Shown: positions 9,404-20,540, numbered from the stretch's first letter. The stretch is DNA of 64,000 nucleotides from Pseudobdellovibrionaceae bacterium (GCA_019637955.1 JAHBUS010000006.1:34750-98749); one strand, 5' to 3'. Numbers and translations: made by a program. The notes: generated by a model from the letters alone, not told the origin.

Positions 9404-10666
9404 GTGAAATACGAAATCAAAATCCCCACCGTCGGCGAGTCGATCACTGAAGCGACGATCGGCCAATGGATGAAGAAAAACGGCGAAGCCGTTAAACGCA
9501 ACGACGTCCTGCTTTCGGTGGACACCGACAAGGCGTCGGTGGAAGTCGTCGCCGAGAACGACGGCGTTCTCACGATCACCGCGCAAGCGGGTCAAACCGT
9601 GCCGATCGGTTCGGTCGTCGGCTCCTTGGACAGCGATGGCAAAGCCGCCGCCGCTCCGGCACCGGCCAAAGAAGAGACCGCAAAACCGGCGGCTGCTCCC
9701 GCTGCATCCGCTCCAGCGGCCGGCGCGACGGCGTCTCCCGGTGGCATTCACCCCGACCTCAAGAACCATCAATCTCCGGCCGTGGCGAAGATCGTCACGG
9801 AGCGCGGACTTGACGCGAGCACGATCGCCGGCACCGGCCGCGACGGCCGCTTGACCAAGTCGGATGTGGCCAATGCACCGGCTCCCGCCGCCGCACCCGC
9901 GCCCGCAAAAGACGCCAAATCCGCTCCCGCTCCTCAACCCATCGTTCCCCGTGGGCCTTCACGCCAGGGCGACCAGAAGCGCGTGCCGATGACCACCATC
10001 CGCAAACGCATCGCCGAGCGCCTCGTTCAGTCGCAGCAAACCACCGCGACATTGACGACCTTCAATGAGATCGACATGACCCGCGTGATGGAACTGCGTG
10101 CGAAGTACAAAGATAAATTCAAAGAGCGCTACGGCGTCGGTTTGGGTTTCATGGGCTTCTTCGTGAAAGCCTCGATCGAAGCGCTGCGCGCCTTCCCGGC
10201 GGTGAACGCCTACATCGAAGGAACCGAACTCGTTTACAACAACTACTTCAACATCGGCATGGCGGTGGGCACTGAAAAAGGCCTGATCGTTCCCGTCATC
10301 AAAGACGCGGACAATCTCAGCATCGCGGGCGTCGAAGCTTCGATCCGCGATTTCGCGGTCAAAGCGCGCGACGGCAAAATCGCCATCGACGACTTGAACG
10401 GCGGCACCTTCACGATCACCAACGGCGGCGTTTACGGCTCGCTGATGTCGACACCGATCTTGAACCCCCCGCAGTCGGGCATCTTAGGTCTGCACAAGAT
10501 CGAAGACCGCGCGGTTGTCATCAACGGCAAAGTCGAAGTGCGCCCCATGATGTACGTGGCGCTGTCTTACGATCACCGCGTGATCGATGGCAAAGAGGCC
10601 GTGAGCTTCTTGGTCAAAGTCAAAGAGGGCATCGAAGATCCCGAGCGCCTCTTGATCGAAATTTAA
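9404..10666 (+). CDS. sucB: dihydrolipoyllysine-residue succinyltransferase (E2 of 2-oxoglutarate dehydrogenase)
   Basis: Lipoyl domain ([10 protein letters not shown]), Ala/Pro-rich linkers, E3-binding domain and catalytic domain ending DHRVIDG. GTG start with GAAGGAG RBS. Confidence 0.9.
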   Translation: MKYEIKIPTVGESITEATIGQWMKKNGEAVKRNDVLLSVDTDKASVEVVAENDGVLTITAQAGQTVPIGSVVGSLDSDGKAAAAPAPAKEETAKPAAAPAASAPAAGATASPGGIHPDLKNHQSPAVAKIVTERGLDASTIAGTGRDGRLTKSDVANAPAPAAAPAPAKDAKSAPAPQPIVPRGPSRQGDQKRVPMTTIRKRIAERLVQSQQTTATLTTFNEIDMTRVMELRAKYKDKFKERYGVGLGFMGFFVKASIEALRAFPAVNAYIEGTELVYNNYFNIGMAVGTEKGLIVPVIKDADNLSIAGVEASIRDFAVKARDGKIAIDDLNGGTFTITNGGVYGSLMSTPILNPPQSGILGLHKIEDRAVVINGKVEVRPMMYVALSYDHRVIDGKEAVSFLVKVKEGIEDPERLLIEI

Positions 10667-10748
10667 TCCCGATTTGTTTTGCGCCTGGCTTGAATCCAAG
10701 CCGGGTTTGTCTTGGCGGCGTGGCCGCTCTCTATCAAGGAATCTCCAA

Positions 10749-12155
10749 ATGACTGAACACAATTTTGATCTCGTGATTATTGGCTCTGGACCCGGCGGCT
10801 ACGTTTGCGCGATTCGCGCGGGCCAACTGGGCCTCAAAACCGCCATCGTCGAAAAGGACAAAACTTTCGGCGGGACCTGCTTGAACGTGGGATGTATTCC
10901 TTCAAAAGCTTTGCTCGAAAGCTCGGAGCTCTTTCACCTCGCGGGTCACGACGCCGACATTCACGGCGTTCAGATCAGCGGCGTGAAGCTCGATCTTGGC
11001 AAAATGATGGCCCGAAAAGACAAAATCGTGAAAGATCTGACCGGCGGGATCTCGTTCCTGTTTAAAAAGAACAAGGTCGAAGCGTTTAAAGGCGTGGGCA
11101 GCATCGTCGCTCCCGGAAAAGTTGAAGTGACCGGCGAGTCTGGCAAAGTCACGCTCAACGCGAAGAACATCGTCTGCGCGACCGGCTCGATTCCCGTCGA
11201 ACTTCCCTTCTTGAAATACGACGAAAAAAAGATCGTGTCGTCGACCGGCGCACTTGTTCTCGAAAAAGTTCCCAAACATATGATCGTGGTTGGCGGCGGC
11301 GTCATCGGCCTCGAACTCGGATCGGTTTGGATGCGTCTGGGCGCCCAAGTCACGGTCGTCGAGTACGCGGACAAAATTTGCCCATTCATGGATCAACAGG
11401 TCGTCACGGTTCTTCGTAAAGCCATGGAAAAACAAGGCATGAAGTTCATCACCAGTGCGAAGGTCACCGCTTCGAGCGTGAAAGGCGACACCGTCACGAT
11501 CACTTATGAAGACATGAAAGAGGGCGGCTCCAAGACGCTCGATGGAGATGTGGTTCTGGTTTCCACCGGCCGCAAACCCTTCTCGAACGGCTTGGGCTTG
11601 GACAACGTCGGCGTTCAGCGCGATCCGCGCGGCTTTGTCACCATCGACAAACATTGGCAAACGAACGTCCCGGGCATCTACGCCATCGGCGACTTGGTTC
11701 CGGGCCCCATGCTTGCGCACAAAGCCGAAGACGAGGGCGTCGCGGTCGCGGAGTACCTGGCGGGACAAGCCGGTCACGTCAACTACGACACCGTTCCCTC
11801 GGTGATCTACACGTTCCCCGAAGTGGCGAGCGTGGGCCTCAGCGAAGAGCAGTGCAAAGAAAAAGGCATCGACTACGCGGCGGGCACCTTCCCGTTCATG
11901 GCCAATGGCCGCGCCAAGGCGCTGGGCATGACCGATGGCATGGTGAAGATCATCGCCGATAAAAAAACCGACAAAATCATCGGTGGCCACATTGTCGGCC
12001 CCCGGGCTTCGGAACTCTTGGGTGAAATCGTGATCGCGATGGAATTCGGTGGTTCGAGCGAGGATCTGGCGCGAAGTTTCCACGCCCATCCCACGCTCAA
12101 CGAAGTGGTCCGCGAAGCCGCGCTCGCCGTCAGCAAGCGCGCCCGTCAGATGTGA
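10749..12155 (+). CDS. lpdA: dihydrolipoyl dehydrogenase (E3)
   Basis: FAD-binding GSGPGGY and the redox-active disulfide GGTCLNVGCIPSK. Start refined to MTEHNFDLVIIGSG. Confidence 0.9.
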   Translation: MTEHNFDLVIIGSGPGGYVCAIRAGQLGLKTAIVEKDKTFGGTCLNVGCIPSKALLESSELFHLAGHDADIHGVQISGVKLDLGKMMARKDKIVKDLTGGISFLFKKNKVEAFKGVGSIVAPGKVEVTGESGKVTLNAKNIVCATGSIPVELPFLKYDEKKIVSSTGALVLEKVPKHMIVVGGGVIGLELGSVWMRLGAQVTVVEYADKICPFMDQQVVTVLRKAMEKQGMKFITSAKVTASSVKGDTVTITYEDMKEGGSKTLDGDVVLVSTGRKPFSNGLGLDNVGVQRDPRGFVTIDKHWQTNVPGIYAIGDLVPGPMLAHKAEDEGVAVAEYLAGQAGHVNYDTVPSVIYTFPEVASVGLSEEQCKEKGIDYAAGTFPFMANGRAKALGMTDGMVKIIADKKTDKIIGGHIVGPRASELLGEIVIAMEFGGSSEDLARSFHAHPTLNEVVREAALAVSKRARQM

Positions 12156-12156
12156 T

Positions 12157-12894
12157 TTAGATCGCGGCCGGAACGACGGCCTGCACGCTTGCAGGCTGTC
12201 GGCCCGATTCAGGGACCGGTGTTTTGCTCAAACGTTCGCACGAAGCGTCCCAGCTCGGAAACTTTCCGGCCTCTTCGGGACGGGCAAATTTTCCGCACAA
12301 ACAAGCGCTGATCTTCATGACTTCGGTTGCATTCGAAGATTGGTACCACGTGTTCTCTCCGCGCAAGACCGCAAAGGTGCGCTCCTGATAGAAGTCCACG
12401 CTGGAGCCGCCATCAAAACTGGGCGTGCCTTGATATTCCGAAAACGTGAAGAGCGCGAAGTTGCCGCTGCATTTTTTGTTGTCTTTACCGGGTTTCGATT
12501 CGCATTCCGACCAATACGGAGAATAGCCGTTTTCAAAACCTTGACCGGTTTCGCTGGTCAAACGCGACGCTAAGTTTTTCTCGAGAACCCCGTCGATCTT
12601 TTTCATCATCGCCGAACCCATGGGATCATTGGTGGTCCCCACCTCGAAACCTTCGGTCGTCTTTCTGATTTTACAGAGCGCTTGCAGATCGTTGGCTTTG
12701 GGATCTTTCCAAACCGAATAGGTCCAGAAATCCTGCGCTTTGACTTGATAACCCGCCGGAAGCTCCGCGGCCGGCACGCGCGACTTGCCCGTGTAGTTTT
12801 TCGGAAAATGATGCGCGATCGGATGCGAACCGCAGCCGATCAAAAATCCCATTGTCAGAGCCGAACCCGTCAAAATTTGCAGTGATTTTTTCAT
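12157..12894 (-). CDS. hypothetical lipoprotein
   Basis: Lipobox LIGCGS after a signal peptide. Cys-rich periplasmic domain with no recognised motif. Confidence 0.45.
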   Translation of the reverse strand: MKKSLQILTGSALTMGFLIGCGSHPIAHHFPKNYTGKSRVPAAELPAGYQVKAQDFWTYSVWKDPKANDLQALCKIRKTTEGFEVGTTNDPMGSAMMKKIDGVLEKNLASRLTSETGQGFENGYSPYWSECESKPGKDNKKCSGNFALFTFSEYQGTPSFDGGSSVDFYQERTFAVLRGENTWYQSSNATEVMKISACLCGKFARPEEAGKFPSWDASCERLSKTPVPESGRQPASVQAVVPAAI

Positions 12895-12933
12895 GTGATC
12901 CCCGTTTCCAAATTTATCGGATTCGGGGACGCA

Positions 12934-14019
12934 TCACTTAAGCGACTGGACCATCGCGACGGCGAGCTGAAACAGCGCACGGGCACCGACGTTGCCATCC
13001 CACTCGTCGCCTTCGGGACCAGGCGCGACCTCGACCAGATCGGCCCCGACCACTTGACGGCCCGAACGCACGACCTCTTGAATGAGCATCGTCGTCTCGA
13101 TCAACTCCATGCCGCCCGGAACCGGCGTTCCCGTGTTGGGACAGAGTTTGGGATCGAGCCCGTCGATATCGAAGCTGATGTAGACCTTCGGCCCCAAGTG
13201 GCTGACGATCTCTTGGCAAATCGCTTTCCAAGACTCGCCGCTGAGCTTGCGCTCCTGGGTCTCCCAATCGAAGTAAGTCTTGATGCGCTTGTCGGATTTG
13301 ATCATCCCCACTTCGACGGTCGAGACGTCGCGGATGCCGACCTGAACCAATTTGTCGACCTTGGGATGCTTCATCACATTGAACATGATCGAGGCGTGCG
13401 AGTCCTCGAAGCCTTCGTAAGCTTCGCGCAGATCCGCGTGCGCATCGAAATGCAAGACGCTAATGCCGTTAAAGTGATCGGCCGCTGCGCGAATGGGCCC
13501 CAGGCTCACGCTGTGATCGCCGCCAAACGACAGAACGCGCTTTCCGGCCTTGAGCTGCTCGGCCGCCGCCTTTTCGCTCCACTGGTGAAGCTCCTGGCAG
13601 CCGGTATTGGCGAGTTTGAGGATTTTTTGCATCTCGGGCGACGAGTCGACGTCGCCGCCATCTTCGAGAAAGTCGATGTACTTTTCGGACTGCGCCCGCA
13701 GTTTTTGGCTCTTGTCGAACCAAGCTTGGTCCATCTCGAGCGTGTGCACGGGCATGTTCCAAACCTCATCCAAAAAAGGCGAGAAGAGATCGAGCTGGTA
13801 CGAGGCATTGATGATCGTTTGCGGGCCGTTGACCGTACCGGGGCGGTAAGACGTGGTGACATCCCAGGGAATCGGCAGCATCACGATGCGCGCTTCGTCT
13901 TTCGGAAACTCAAGACCCATGAACTGTCCGTTGCGAATCGCCGGACCGCTGGGGTCTGCCATCTTTTTGTCTTTTTGCTCTGCCATGGACGCCTCCGATA
14001 AGGTTTTGGATAGGTCCAT
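12934..14019 (-). CDS. arginase-family ureohydrolase (formiminoglutamase/agmatinase-like)
   Basis: GGDHS, DAHADL and SFDIDGLDP, the Mn-binding motifs of the arginase/agmatinase/formiminoglutamase family. Confidence 0.75.
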   Translation of the reverse strand: MDLSKTLSEASMAEQKDKKMADPSGPAIRNGQFMGLEFPKDEARIVMLPIPWDVTTSYRPGTVNGPQTIINASYQLDLFSPFLDEVWNMPVHTLEMDQAWFDKSQKLRAQSEKYIDFLEDGGDVDSSPEMQKILKLANTGCQELHQWSEKAAAEQLKAGKRVLSFGGDHSVSLGPIRAAADHFNGISVLHFDAHADLREAYEGFEDSHASIMFNVMKHPKVDKLVQVGIRDVSTVEVGMIKSDKRIKTYFDWETQERKLSGESWKAICQEIVSHLGPKVYISFDIDGLDPKLCPNTGTPVPGGMELIETTMLIQEVVRSGRQVVGADLVEVAPGPEGDEWDGNVGARALFQLAVAMVQSLK

Positions 14020-14093
14020 TCGCCAGCCAAATCAAGAAAAATTCCGTCCAACCAGCACCGCTCCGGAGGTCAACGATCGTCTTCTCTTGCGGA

Positions 14094-14540
14094 TTATTTT
14101 GCCTGACGGCAAAGCGCGGTCAAAACATCGAGCCCGGTCTTGAGCGCGGGGTTCTTGATTTCGGAGCCGGATTTGGGCTCGAAACTTGAGATCAAGGAGG
14201 TGCGGTAGTCGAAGCAGCTCTCTTTTTTAAATTCCCCGTCTCGGGGAATTTCGCCCAGAACGGCCGCGAGCTGATCCATGTAAACTTCATCCGCCTCGGA
14301 CTGACGGGGCTCTTTTTTGCGCACGCGCGAGATTTCGAGCTCGGTCTTTTTGAGGACGCGAAAAAGGTCGGTATTTTTTTTGGAGCGGTCGAAATTGCGC
14401 TGCAGGTTCAGCACTTCACTGTCGACCTTTTGGCGAACGTTGACGCTTCCACGGTCGGCCCCTTTTTGGCCCAGCAGCGAGCCCGGGAAGCACAATCCTA
14501 AAGCGACGAGGACAGCGAAAGATACGAGTCCGAAACGCAT
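14094..14540 (-). CDS. hypothetical secreted protein
   Basis: Signal peptide MRFGLVSFAVLVALGLCF followed by a charged helical region. Confidence 0.4.
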   Translation of the reverse strand: MRFGLVSFAVLVALGLCFPGSLLGQKGADRGSVNVRQKVDSEVLNLQRNFDRSKKNTDLFRVLKKTELEISRVRKKEPRQSEADEVYMDQLAAVLGEIPRDGEFKKESCFDYRTSLISSFEPKSGSEIKNPALKTGLDVLTALCRQAK

Positions 14541-15739
14541 GTGCCCTCCTTAAATGTGGTGTTGAGGACCTTCGCGTGAGCCTTCACGCGAGTGAGGAAA
14601 TGAGGCGTTCCCGAAACCTGGAACATTGCCAGGTACTGCGGAAACGTCATCGATCCCGCCTCGGGCGAAGCCAAACCGCGGCCCGCCGAAGGATCATTGA
14701 AATCAAAATCCGAGTCTTGGAGCGGACCGGCTTCGCCCTTCTGAATGGCGTGCGCACGCGCCTGCGCGAAGTTCTTCATGTAAAGAACCGCCGCGATCGG
14801 ACCGGTGTCGAAACCGAGCGTGATCAAAACCTGTTGCAGCTGCTCGGGTTCAAAACCCCGAAAGCCGGCTTGGCGCAAAGACTCGACCACGTCGTAACGG
14901 GCGAGCGCTTTTTGCACGGCCCTGGCATGTTGATCGTACTTGATCGCAAGGTAGACGAGATTACGCAAAGGATTTTGCGGCGGCATCATCAGACCGCAGC
15001 TGTTCTCTCCCGCGGGAAAGGCCTGCACTTTGCTGAGGTACGGCTTGAGGCGCTTGCACGCGTCCAGATCCGACGAAGCGATGCGGGTTTTGAAGCTTTC
15101 GAAGCTCGCATTTGCATGTTGAATTTCGACCGGCGATAGATGACCGATGCCGGCGTCAAACCCCGCGCTCATCGCGTTCAGGTGAAATCCAGACTCCGCG
15201 AAGAGTTTGGGTAAAAATTCTTTTTGCGGAATCTCAAAGCACGAGGTCACGTCGCCAAAAAGATTGTACACGACATTCACGTAGTTTTCCGAAACGCACG
15301 GTTTCGGCGAGCCGCCCCCAGCCGCGCCCTCGCTCGCCGGACAGCGGGCAAAACTCGCGCCCTCTTTCGTCAGCGATTGGCGCTTCATCATGTAAGTCAA
15401 ACACGCACGCGGAAAATCGGCGGCCGCGCGCGCCCGCACATCGCGAAACACGGGCGGAAACTTTTCGATTTCGGCTTCCAGGTAGGTGCGCTCAGCGCCG
15501 CACTCTTCGGTTTTTTCAAATTCGAAGTCCGCGGGCTGGGCCCGCTCGAACGCCGGAAGCTCCGACGAAAAGTTCGCTTGGCCCGCCAAACTCCCCTGCC
15601 AGCGGTGATACGCCAGCGCGACGCCGATCGAAGCGGCGACAAAGAGCAGGACAAAAAGAAAGCCGAAGCGGTTCACCAAAATCCTCCAGAGGGAGCCGCC
15701 CAAGGCGGCATGGGTGGATAGTGACTTATCAGCTTTCAA
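14498..15739 (-). CDS. hypothetical membrane-anchored protein with Cys-rich periplasmic domain
   Basis: Single N-terminal TM (FLFVLLFVAASIGVALAY) then a roughly 370-aa domain. Stop overlaps the downstream ORF start by 43 nt. Confidence 0.45.
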   Translation of the reverse strand: MKADKSLSTHAALGGSLWRILVNRFGFLFVLLFVAASIGVALAYHRWQGSLAGQANFSSELPAFERAQPADFEFEKTEECGAERTYLEAEIEKFPPVFRDVRARAAADFPRACLTYMMKRQSLTKEGASFARCPASEGAAGGGSPKPCVSENYVNVVYNLFGDVTSCFEIPQKEFLPKLFAESGFHLNAMSAGFDAGIGHLSPVEIQHANASFESFKTRIASSDLDACKRLKPYLSKVQAFPAGENSCGLMMPPQNPLRNLVYLAIKYDQHARAVQKALARYDVVESLRQAGFRGFEPEQLQQVLITLGFDTGPIAAVLYMKNFAQARAHAIQKGEAGPLQDSDFDFNDPSAGRGLASPEAGSMTFPQYLAMFQVSGTPHFLTRVKAHAKVLNTTFKEGTCVSDSYLSLSSSL

Positions 15740-15795
15740 GTGCTTTTTATTGAGTCCAAACGCGCTGGTTTTGGACCTAGGGCAAGGCTAAAAAA

Positions 15796-16857
15796 TCAAG
15801 GCTGGCAGCGGATTTGACCGAGCTGCTGGACCGCGTGGCGCAGCTCCGCGCCTTTGGAGGTCGAAGGTAAAAGCGTCATGACCACCGAGCCGTTCGGACG
15901 GACAAAAGGCGTGTACGAGTACTGCGCAATTTCCAGACCCGACGCCGAGGGGACCAGGTCCAGGTGGGCGACCGCCGACACGCGTTTCTCCATCATCCCT
16001 TGCAGGGCCACGAAGTTTCCGAGCGAGTAAATCACCACGGCCGCACGGCCATCGGGACTCTGGAGCCACTCCATCGTTTGCAAAACATGTGGGTGGTTGC
16101 CGATGATGGCGCGCGCGCCCGCCTGCACCCACTCACGGGCCCACTGCTTTTGCTTCGCATTGGGACGGGGCTGATACTCGTCGCCCCAGTGCGGAAACAC
16201 CAAGACCGCGTCGGTCTGATTTTTCATACGCGAAATTTCGTCGAGCATTTCGCGGTCCCGGCACATCAACACTTGTCCGTAAGGGTCACGCATGCCGTTG
16301 GTCATCTCCGTGCAGGCGATGACACCGATCTTAAAATCTTTCACGCGCACGATGCGCGAGCGGGGCTCACGCGAATCGCGCCGGCGGGTGCCGACAAAGT
16401 CCATCCCGCGGCGACCCAGTTCATCAACGCTGCGATCAACGCCCAACGGCCCGCGGTCCAGCACGTGGTTGTTGGCCGTGGTGACGAGATCCACGCCGCT
16501 CGATTTCAAGTCATCGATGATCGAGGGGTGGTAATTGAAAACGAAGTTTCCGCCCGAATATACCTCTTCGTCATAGACGAAGCCGGGATCGCGAACCGCG
16601 CGGCCGCCCGCGGCCGTGCCCGGCGCCGTCGGCGCCTCGAGATTGGCGGTGGCCAGATCCGCGGATTTTAAAATCGGGATCAGCGGGCGCCAGATGGTTT
16701 GAAAACGTTCGCGCGACGAGATCGCGGCTTCATAGAGACCCCGGTGGACCAAGATGTCGCCCACCGAAGAGACGCGAAGCCCGCGGTCGAGGCGAGGACA
16801 CTCGGCCGCACCGGCCACGGAGGCCAAAAGAAGAAACGGGATCAAGATCGTTTTCAT
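15796..16857 (-). CDS. CapA/PgsA-family metallophosphoesterase (poly-gamma-glutamate synthesis protein CapA-like)
   Basis: VFPHWGDEY...IIGNHPHVLQ...YSLGNFV pattern characteristic of the CapA family. N-terminal signal peptide. Confidence 0.75.
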   Translation of the reverse strand: MKTILIPFLLLASVAGAAECPRLDRGLRVSSVGDILVHRGLYEAAISSRERFQTIWRPLIPILKSADLATANLEAPTAPGTAAGGRAVRDPGFVYDEEVYSGGNFVFNYHPSIIDDLKSSGVDLVTTANNHVLDRGPLGVDRSVDELGRRGMDFVGTRRRDSREPRSRIVRVKDFKIGVIACTEMTNGMRDPYGQVLMCRDREMLDEISRMKNQTDAVLVFPHWGDEYQPRPNAKQKQWAREWVQAGARAIIGNHPHVLQTMEWLQSPDGRAAVVIYSLGNFVALQGMMEKRVSAVAHLDLVPSASGLEIAQYSYTPFVRPNGSVVMTLLPSTSKGAELRHAVQQLGQIRCQP

Positions 16858-16874
16858 CGAAAATCTCCTTCGCC

Positions 16875-18125
16875 TCAGATCGGACCGACGTTGAGCATGT
16901 AGGTCGAGCCGCCCAATTCATCTTCCATGTCTTTTAAAACTTTGCTCCACTTCGGGTCCGCGTTGGGGTCCAACAGCGAACGGTAAAGAGCGTCGTGCGT
17001 GGGGCCTTCGGTGTGAAAGTAGCTCGAAAGTCCGTTGGTCATGATGTCGATCTTGCCTTTGGTTTTTCGCTCCTCGAAAACGCTCAAGAAGTACGAATAC
17101 GTCGAACAGCCATCAAAGAAGAAGAGCTGCTTTTTGCCGGCATTGAATTCGAACTTGCCCGCTTTTTCTTCGAGCGCCGCGATGTCGAGATTTCCGCCCA
17201 AGCCCGAGTGGCCGGCGTAGATCACGACGTCCGCCCCCTCAACCGCCGTCTTGAAAAACTTCGCGAACGTCACGTTCTTGCTGGTGACCGAAGTTTCGGC
17301 CAAAAGGCGCGTGAATCGAATCAAAACGTCGCGGCCCTCGCGGGTCGTCACCGTTTTTTCATAGCGGTACACCGGCCGGTTGTCATAGCGCGCGATCTGC
17401 GTTTCTTGAAAGCCCTGCGCGCGCAGCCATTTGTTGCGGGCGCCAAAAGAAACGCGGCCCTCATCGCGCCGGTTCGTGGCATCTTCCGAAAAACCGTTGA
17501 TCGTGACGATCTCGAAGAGCTCGCCATTGCCATTGTCGCCGCGCAAATCCGCGAAGCTCGCGCTCGCGTCGGCGTCGGCTTGCGGCGCCTCTTTGACTTT
17601 CAAGATCACGTCTTTCGCCAGGGGCGCTTCGCGCAGGTGCGAACAGCCCTGGCGGTAGGGGTCGTAAAAATACCAAAAATCGCCGAACGTGTTGTAGTGC
17701 TCGTCGGTGCATTTCTCATCGAAGAAGGCGTCGAGATCAAAGGGCATCGTGATCGCCCATTCGCCAGCCGCGAGCACACGGCGCGCGGCCTTTTTATTCA
17801 CGAGCAGCAGGCCCGAGGCTCGGTACTGAATCGTGCGCACGCCGCCCTTGCGACGGTCCGACACGATCTGAAACGCGATCGGCAGTTTGGGAGCGGCGAC
17901 GCCGCCGGTTTCGGCGTGAAGGCGGTACTGCTCCACCAATCCTGGCGACTGAAAAAGCCCAAAGAGATGCTGGGCGTGGGTGTCGATGAGGCCAATGCCC
18001 TCCCCGTTTTCGCGGGTCTGGAACTCGGCCGTGTAGTTGAACTTGATTTCCATCGAGCTCGCGGACAGGACCACCGCATGGGCGGGGGCTACCATCAGGA
18101 CCAAGAAAAGGGGCAAAAGACGCAT
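16875..18125 (-). CDS. secreted protein with C-terminal caspase/gingipain-like (clan CD) His-Cys dyad
   Basis: Signal peptide. C-terminal IYAGHSGLGG and, about 30 residues later, FFFDGCSTY resemble the HG...C catalytic dyad spacing of clan CD cysteine peptidases. Confidence 0.4.
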   Translation of the reverse strand: MRLLPLFLVLMVAPAHAVVLSASSMEIKFNYTAEFQTRENGEGIGLIDTHAQHLFGLFQSPGLVEQYRLHAETGGVAAPKLPIAFQIVSDRRKGGVRTIQYRASGLLLVNKKAARRVLAAGEWAITMPFDLDAFFDEKCTDEHYNTFGDFWYFYDPYRQGCSHLREAPLAKDVILKVKEAPQADADASASFADLRGDNGNGELFEIVTINGFSEDATNRRDEGRVSFGARNKWLRAQGFQETQIARYDNRPVYRYEKTVTTREGRDVLIRFTRLLAETSVTSKNVTFAKFFKTAVEGADVVIYAGHSGLGGNLDIAALEEKAGKFEFNAGKKQLFFFDGCSTYSYFLSVFEERKTKGKIDIMTNGLSSYFHTEGPTHDALYRSLLDPNADPKWSKVLKDMEDELGGSTYMLNVGPI

Positions 18126-18238
18126 GGGGACCTCGCAAACGTGAGGTCCTGGTCTAGGCCAGCATTGCGCAATGTGTCAAGTTCTGGTTGTTTGTCTCAA
18201 TTCAGAGCAAACCAGAGGGCGAACCTCGCGATTTTCCT

Positions 18239-18871
18239 ATGAAAAATTTAGAATGGGTAATGCGCTTCACTCGGCTCTCCCTTTTCGTCTTGGCCCTTGC
18301 TCCCACCGTCCTTCACGCGGCGGAGGCGGGACTCGTGGGCGGAAAGGTCACCGAAGGCCAGCACCTCACGGTCGAAGCCGGTTTCGAAAACAAGATGATG
18401 AAGTTCTGGCTGCTCAACAAACAGGGCGTCGATGCCACGACTTACGAAAGCGCCTTGGGTTTTGAAGTGCGCCGGGCTGGCAAAAAATCGTTCTCCGAAT
18501 GCCGTGTTCAAGTGAATCATTTCGCCTGTCCCGATCCGAAGGGTTGGTCGTTTAAAAAAGGCGATGAGATCGTGCTGACGGTTTCGCGCAACAAAAGCCC
18601 TTTTGAAGAACTCAAAATGCAGTGGCCTCTTCCAAACGTGAAGCAGCCCGCAGTCGTGGCCGCCGGCCCCTCTTACGAAGAGGTTCAAGCCAAGGCCAAA
18701 GAGACCAACGATCATGCGCAGGCCAAACAGATGAAGGTCGAACAAGCCCGCAAAAATTATCGCATCGATCTTCCGCCCGCGATCATGAATCTGATGCAGG
18801 CGGTTCGTGGTACGGGCGCCAGAGGCCCTGCAGCCGCAGGTCAAGGCGACGGCTGCGGCCTTCCCGACTGA
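18239..18871 (+). CDS. hypothetical secreted protein
   Basis: Signal peptide MRFTRLSLFVLALAPTVLHA. No recognised domain. Confidence 0.45.
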   Translation: MKNLEWVMRFTRLSLFVLALAPTVLHAAEAGLVGGKVTEGQHLTVEAGFENKMMKFWLLNKQGVDATTYESALGFEVRRAGKKSFSECRVQVNHFACPDPKGWSFKKGDEIVLTVSRNKSPFEELKMQWPLPNVKQPAVVAAGPSYEEVQAKAKETNDHAQAKQMKVEQARKNYRIDLPPAIMNLMQAVRGTGARGPAAAGQGDGCGLPD

Positions 18872-18883
18872 CCCTTTAAAAAA

Positions 18884-20530
18884 TCAAACCCAGAGTGATT
18901 TCACGCCGCGCTCGCGCGCCACGTCTTTCGCGTCGTCGTAACCCGCGTCGACGTGACGGAACACGCCCATCGCCGGATCCGCCGTGAGCACGCGCTCAAG
19001 CCGTTTGGCCGCTTCGGGCGTGCCGTCAGCGAGAATCACTTGGCCCGCGTGCTGACTGTAACCCATGCCGACCCCGCCACCATGGTGCAAAGACACCCAG
19101 GTCGCGCCGCAGGCCGTGTTCACCATCGCATTGAGCAGCGGCCAATCGCTCACCGCATCCGATCCGTCCTTCATCGCTTCGGTCTCACGGTTGGGCGAGG
19201 CAACGCTACCGCAGTCCAGATGGTCGCGGCCGATCACGATCGGTGCTTTGACTTTTCCGGTGCGAACAAGTTCGTTGAGCATCTGCCCGGCTTTGGCGCG
19301 CTCGCCGTACTCGAGCCAGCAAATGCGCGCGGGCAGACCTTGGAACTTGATCCGCTCTTGCGCCATATCGAGCCAGCGCAGCAGATCTTTTTTGTGTGGG
19401 AACAACTCACGCATGGCATCGTCCGTGACCTTGATGTCATTCGGGTCGCCGCTCAAAGCCACCCAGCGGAACGGGCCGCTGCCTTTGCAAAAGAGCGGGC
19501 GGATGTAGGCGGGAACGAAGCCCGGAAAATCAAACGCCTCTTTCACGCCGTGATCAAACGCGCGGGCGCGGATGTTGTTGCCGTAGTCGAACGTGATCGC
19601 GCCCTGGCGTTTCATCTCGAGCATGCCGCGCACGTGGTGCGCGATGCTGTCATAAACTTTGGCGAGGTACGCCTTCTCGTCGGCTTTGCGAAACGCTTCG
19701 GCCTGCTCGACCGAATATCCCGCCGGGATGTAACCCACCAAAGGATCGTGCGCCGACGTCTGGTCGGTCAAAAGATCGGGAATGAATTTTTTCTCGATCA
19801 TCTTCCAGATGATCTCGGACATATTGCCCAAGAGAGCGACCGACTTGGCTTCGCCCGCCTCGGTGTAGCGCCGAACGCGCGCCAAAGCGTCGTCGAGATT
19901 TTCGGCGACCTCATCGATGTAGCCCGTGCGCAGACGTTTTTCGATGCTCTTCGGGTCCACTTCCACGGCCAGAACCGTGGCGCCCGCAAAAACGCCCGCC
20001 AAGGGCTGCGCGCCGCCCATGCCGCCCAAACCGGCCGTCAAAATCGAGCGGCCTTTCAGGCCTTTGTCGCCATAAGCCTGGCGGCCGGCTTCCACGAAGG
20101 TTTCGTAAGTGCCTTGAATGATTCCTTGGGTGCCGATGTAAATCCACGAACCCGCGGTCATCTGGCCGTACATCATCAGGCCTTTGCGGTCGAGCTCATT
20201 GAAGTGCTCCCAGGTCGCCCATTTGGGAACAAGGTTGGAGTTGGCGATCAGCACGCGAGGAGCATCGGGGTGCGTGCGTAGAATCCCGATGGGTTTTCCG
20301 CTCTGCACGAGCAGCGTCTCGTCGTTTTCGAGCGTCGTGAGAGCTTTGAGGATTTTATCGAAGCACTCCCAATTGCGCGCGGCTTTGCCGATACCGCCGT
20401 AAACGACCAGCTGTGCGGGATTTTCGGCCACCATCGGGTCGAGATTGTTTTGGATCATGCGGTAGGCGGCTTCTTGCTGCCAGCCTTTGCAATGAAGTTT
20501 GGTTCCGGTGGGGGCTTTGACTTCTCTCAT
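18884..20530 (-). CDS. hutU: urocanate hydratase
   Basis: Full-length similarity to urocanase ([18 protein letters not shown]-binding core). Confidence 0.95.
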   Translation of the reverse strand: MREVKAPTGTKLHCKGWQQEAAYRMIQNNLDPMVAENPAQLVVYGGIGKAARNWECFDKILKALTTLENDETLLVQSGKPIGILRTHPDAPRVLIANSNLVPKWATWEHFNELDRKGLMMYGQMTAGSWIYIGTQGIIQGTYETFVEAGRQAYGDKGLKGRSILTAGLGGMGGAQPLAGVFAGATVLAVEVDPKSIEKRLRTGYIDEVAENLDDALARVRRYTEAGEAKSVALLGNMSEIIWKMIEKKFIPDLLTDQTSAHDPLVGYIPAGYSVEQAEAFRKADEKAYLAKVYDSIAHHVRGMLEMKRQGAITFDYGNNIRARAFDHGVKEAFDFPGFVPAYIRPLFCKGSGPFRWVALSGDPNDIKVTDDAMRELFPHKKDLLRWLDMAQERIKFQGLPARICWLEYGERAKAGQMLNELVRTGKVKAPIVIGRDHLDCGSVASPNRETEAMKDGSDAVSDWPLLNAMVNTACGATWVSLHHGGGVGMGYSQHAGQVILADGTPEAAKRLERVLTADPAMGVFRHVDAGYDDAKDVARERGVKSLWV

Positions 20531-20540
20531 CGTTTTTCTC

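Noticed and set aside
10902-12089. 395-aa minus-strand ORF antisense to lpdA
   Set aside because: Same reasoning. lpdA on the plus strand has unambiguous FAD/NAD and disulfide motifs.
18953-20281. 442-aa plus-strand ORF antisense to hutU
   Set aside because: Antisense artefact. hutU similarity on the minus strand is full-length.
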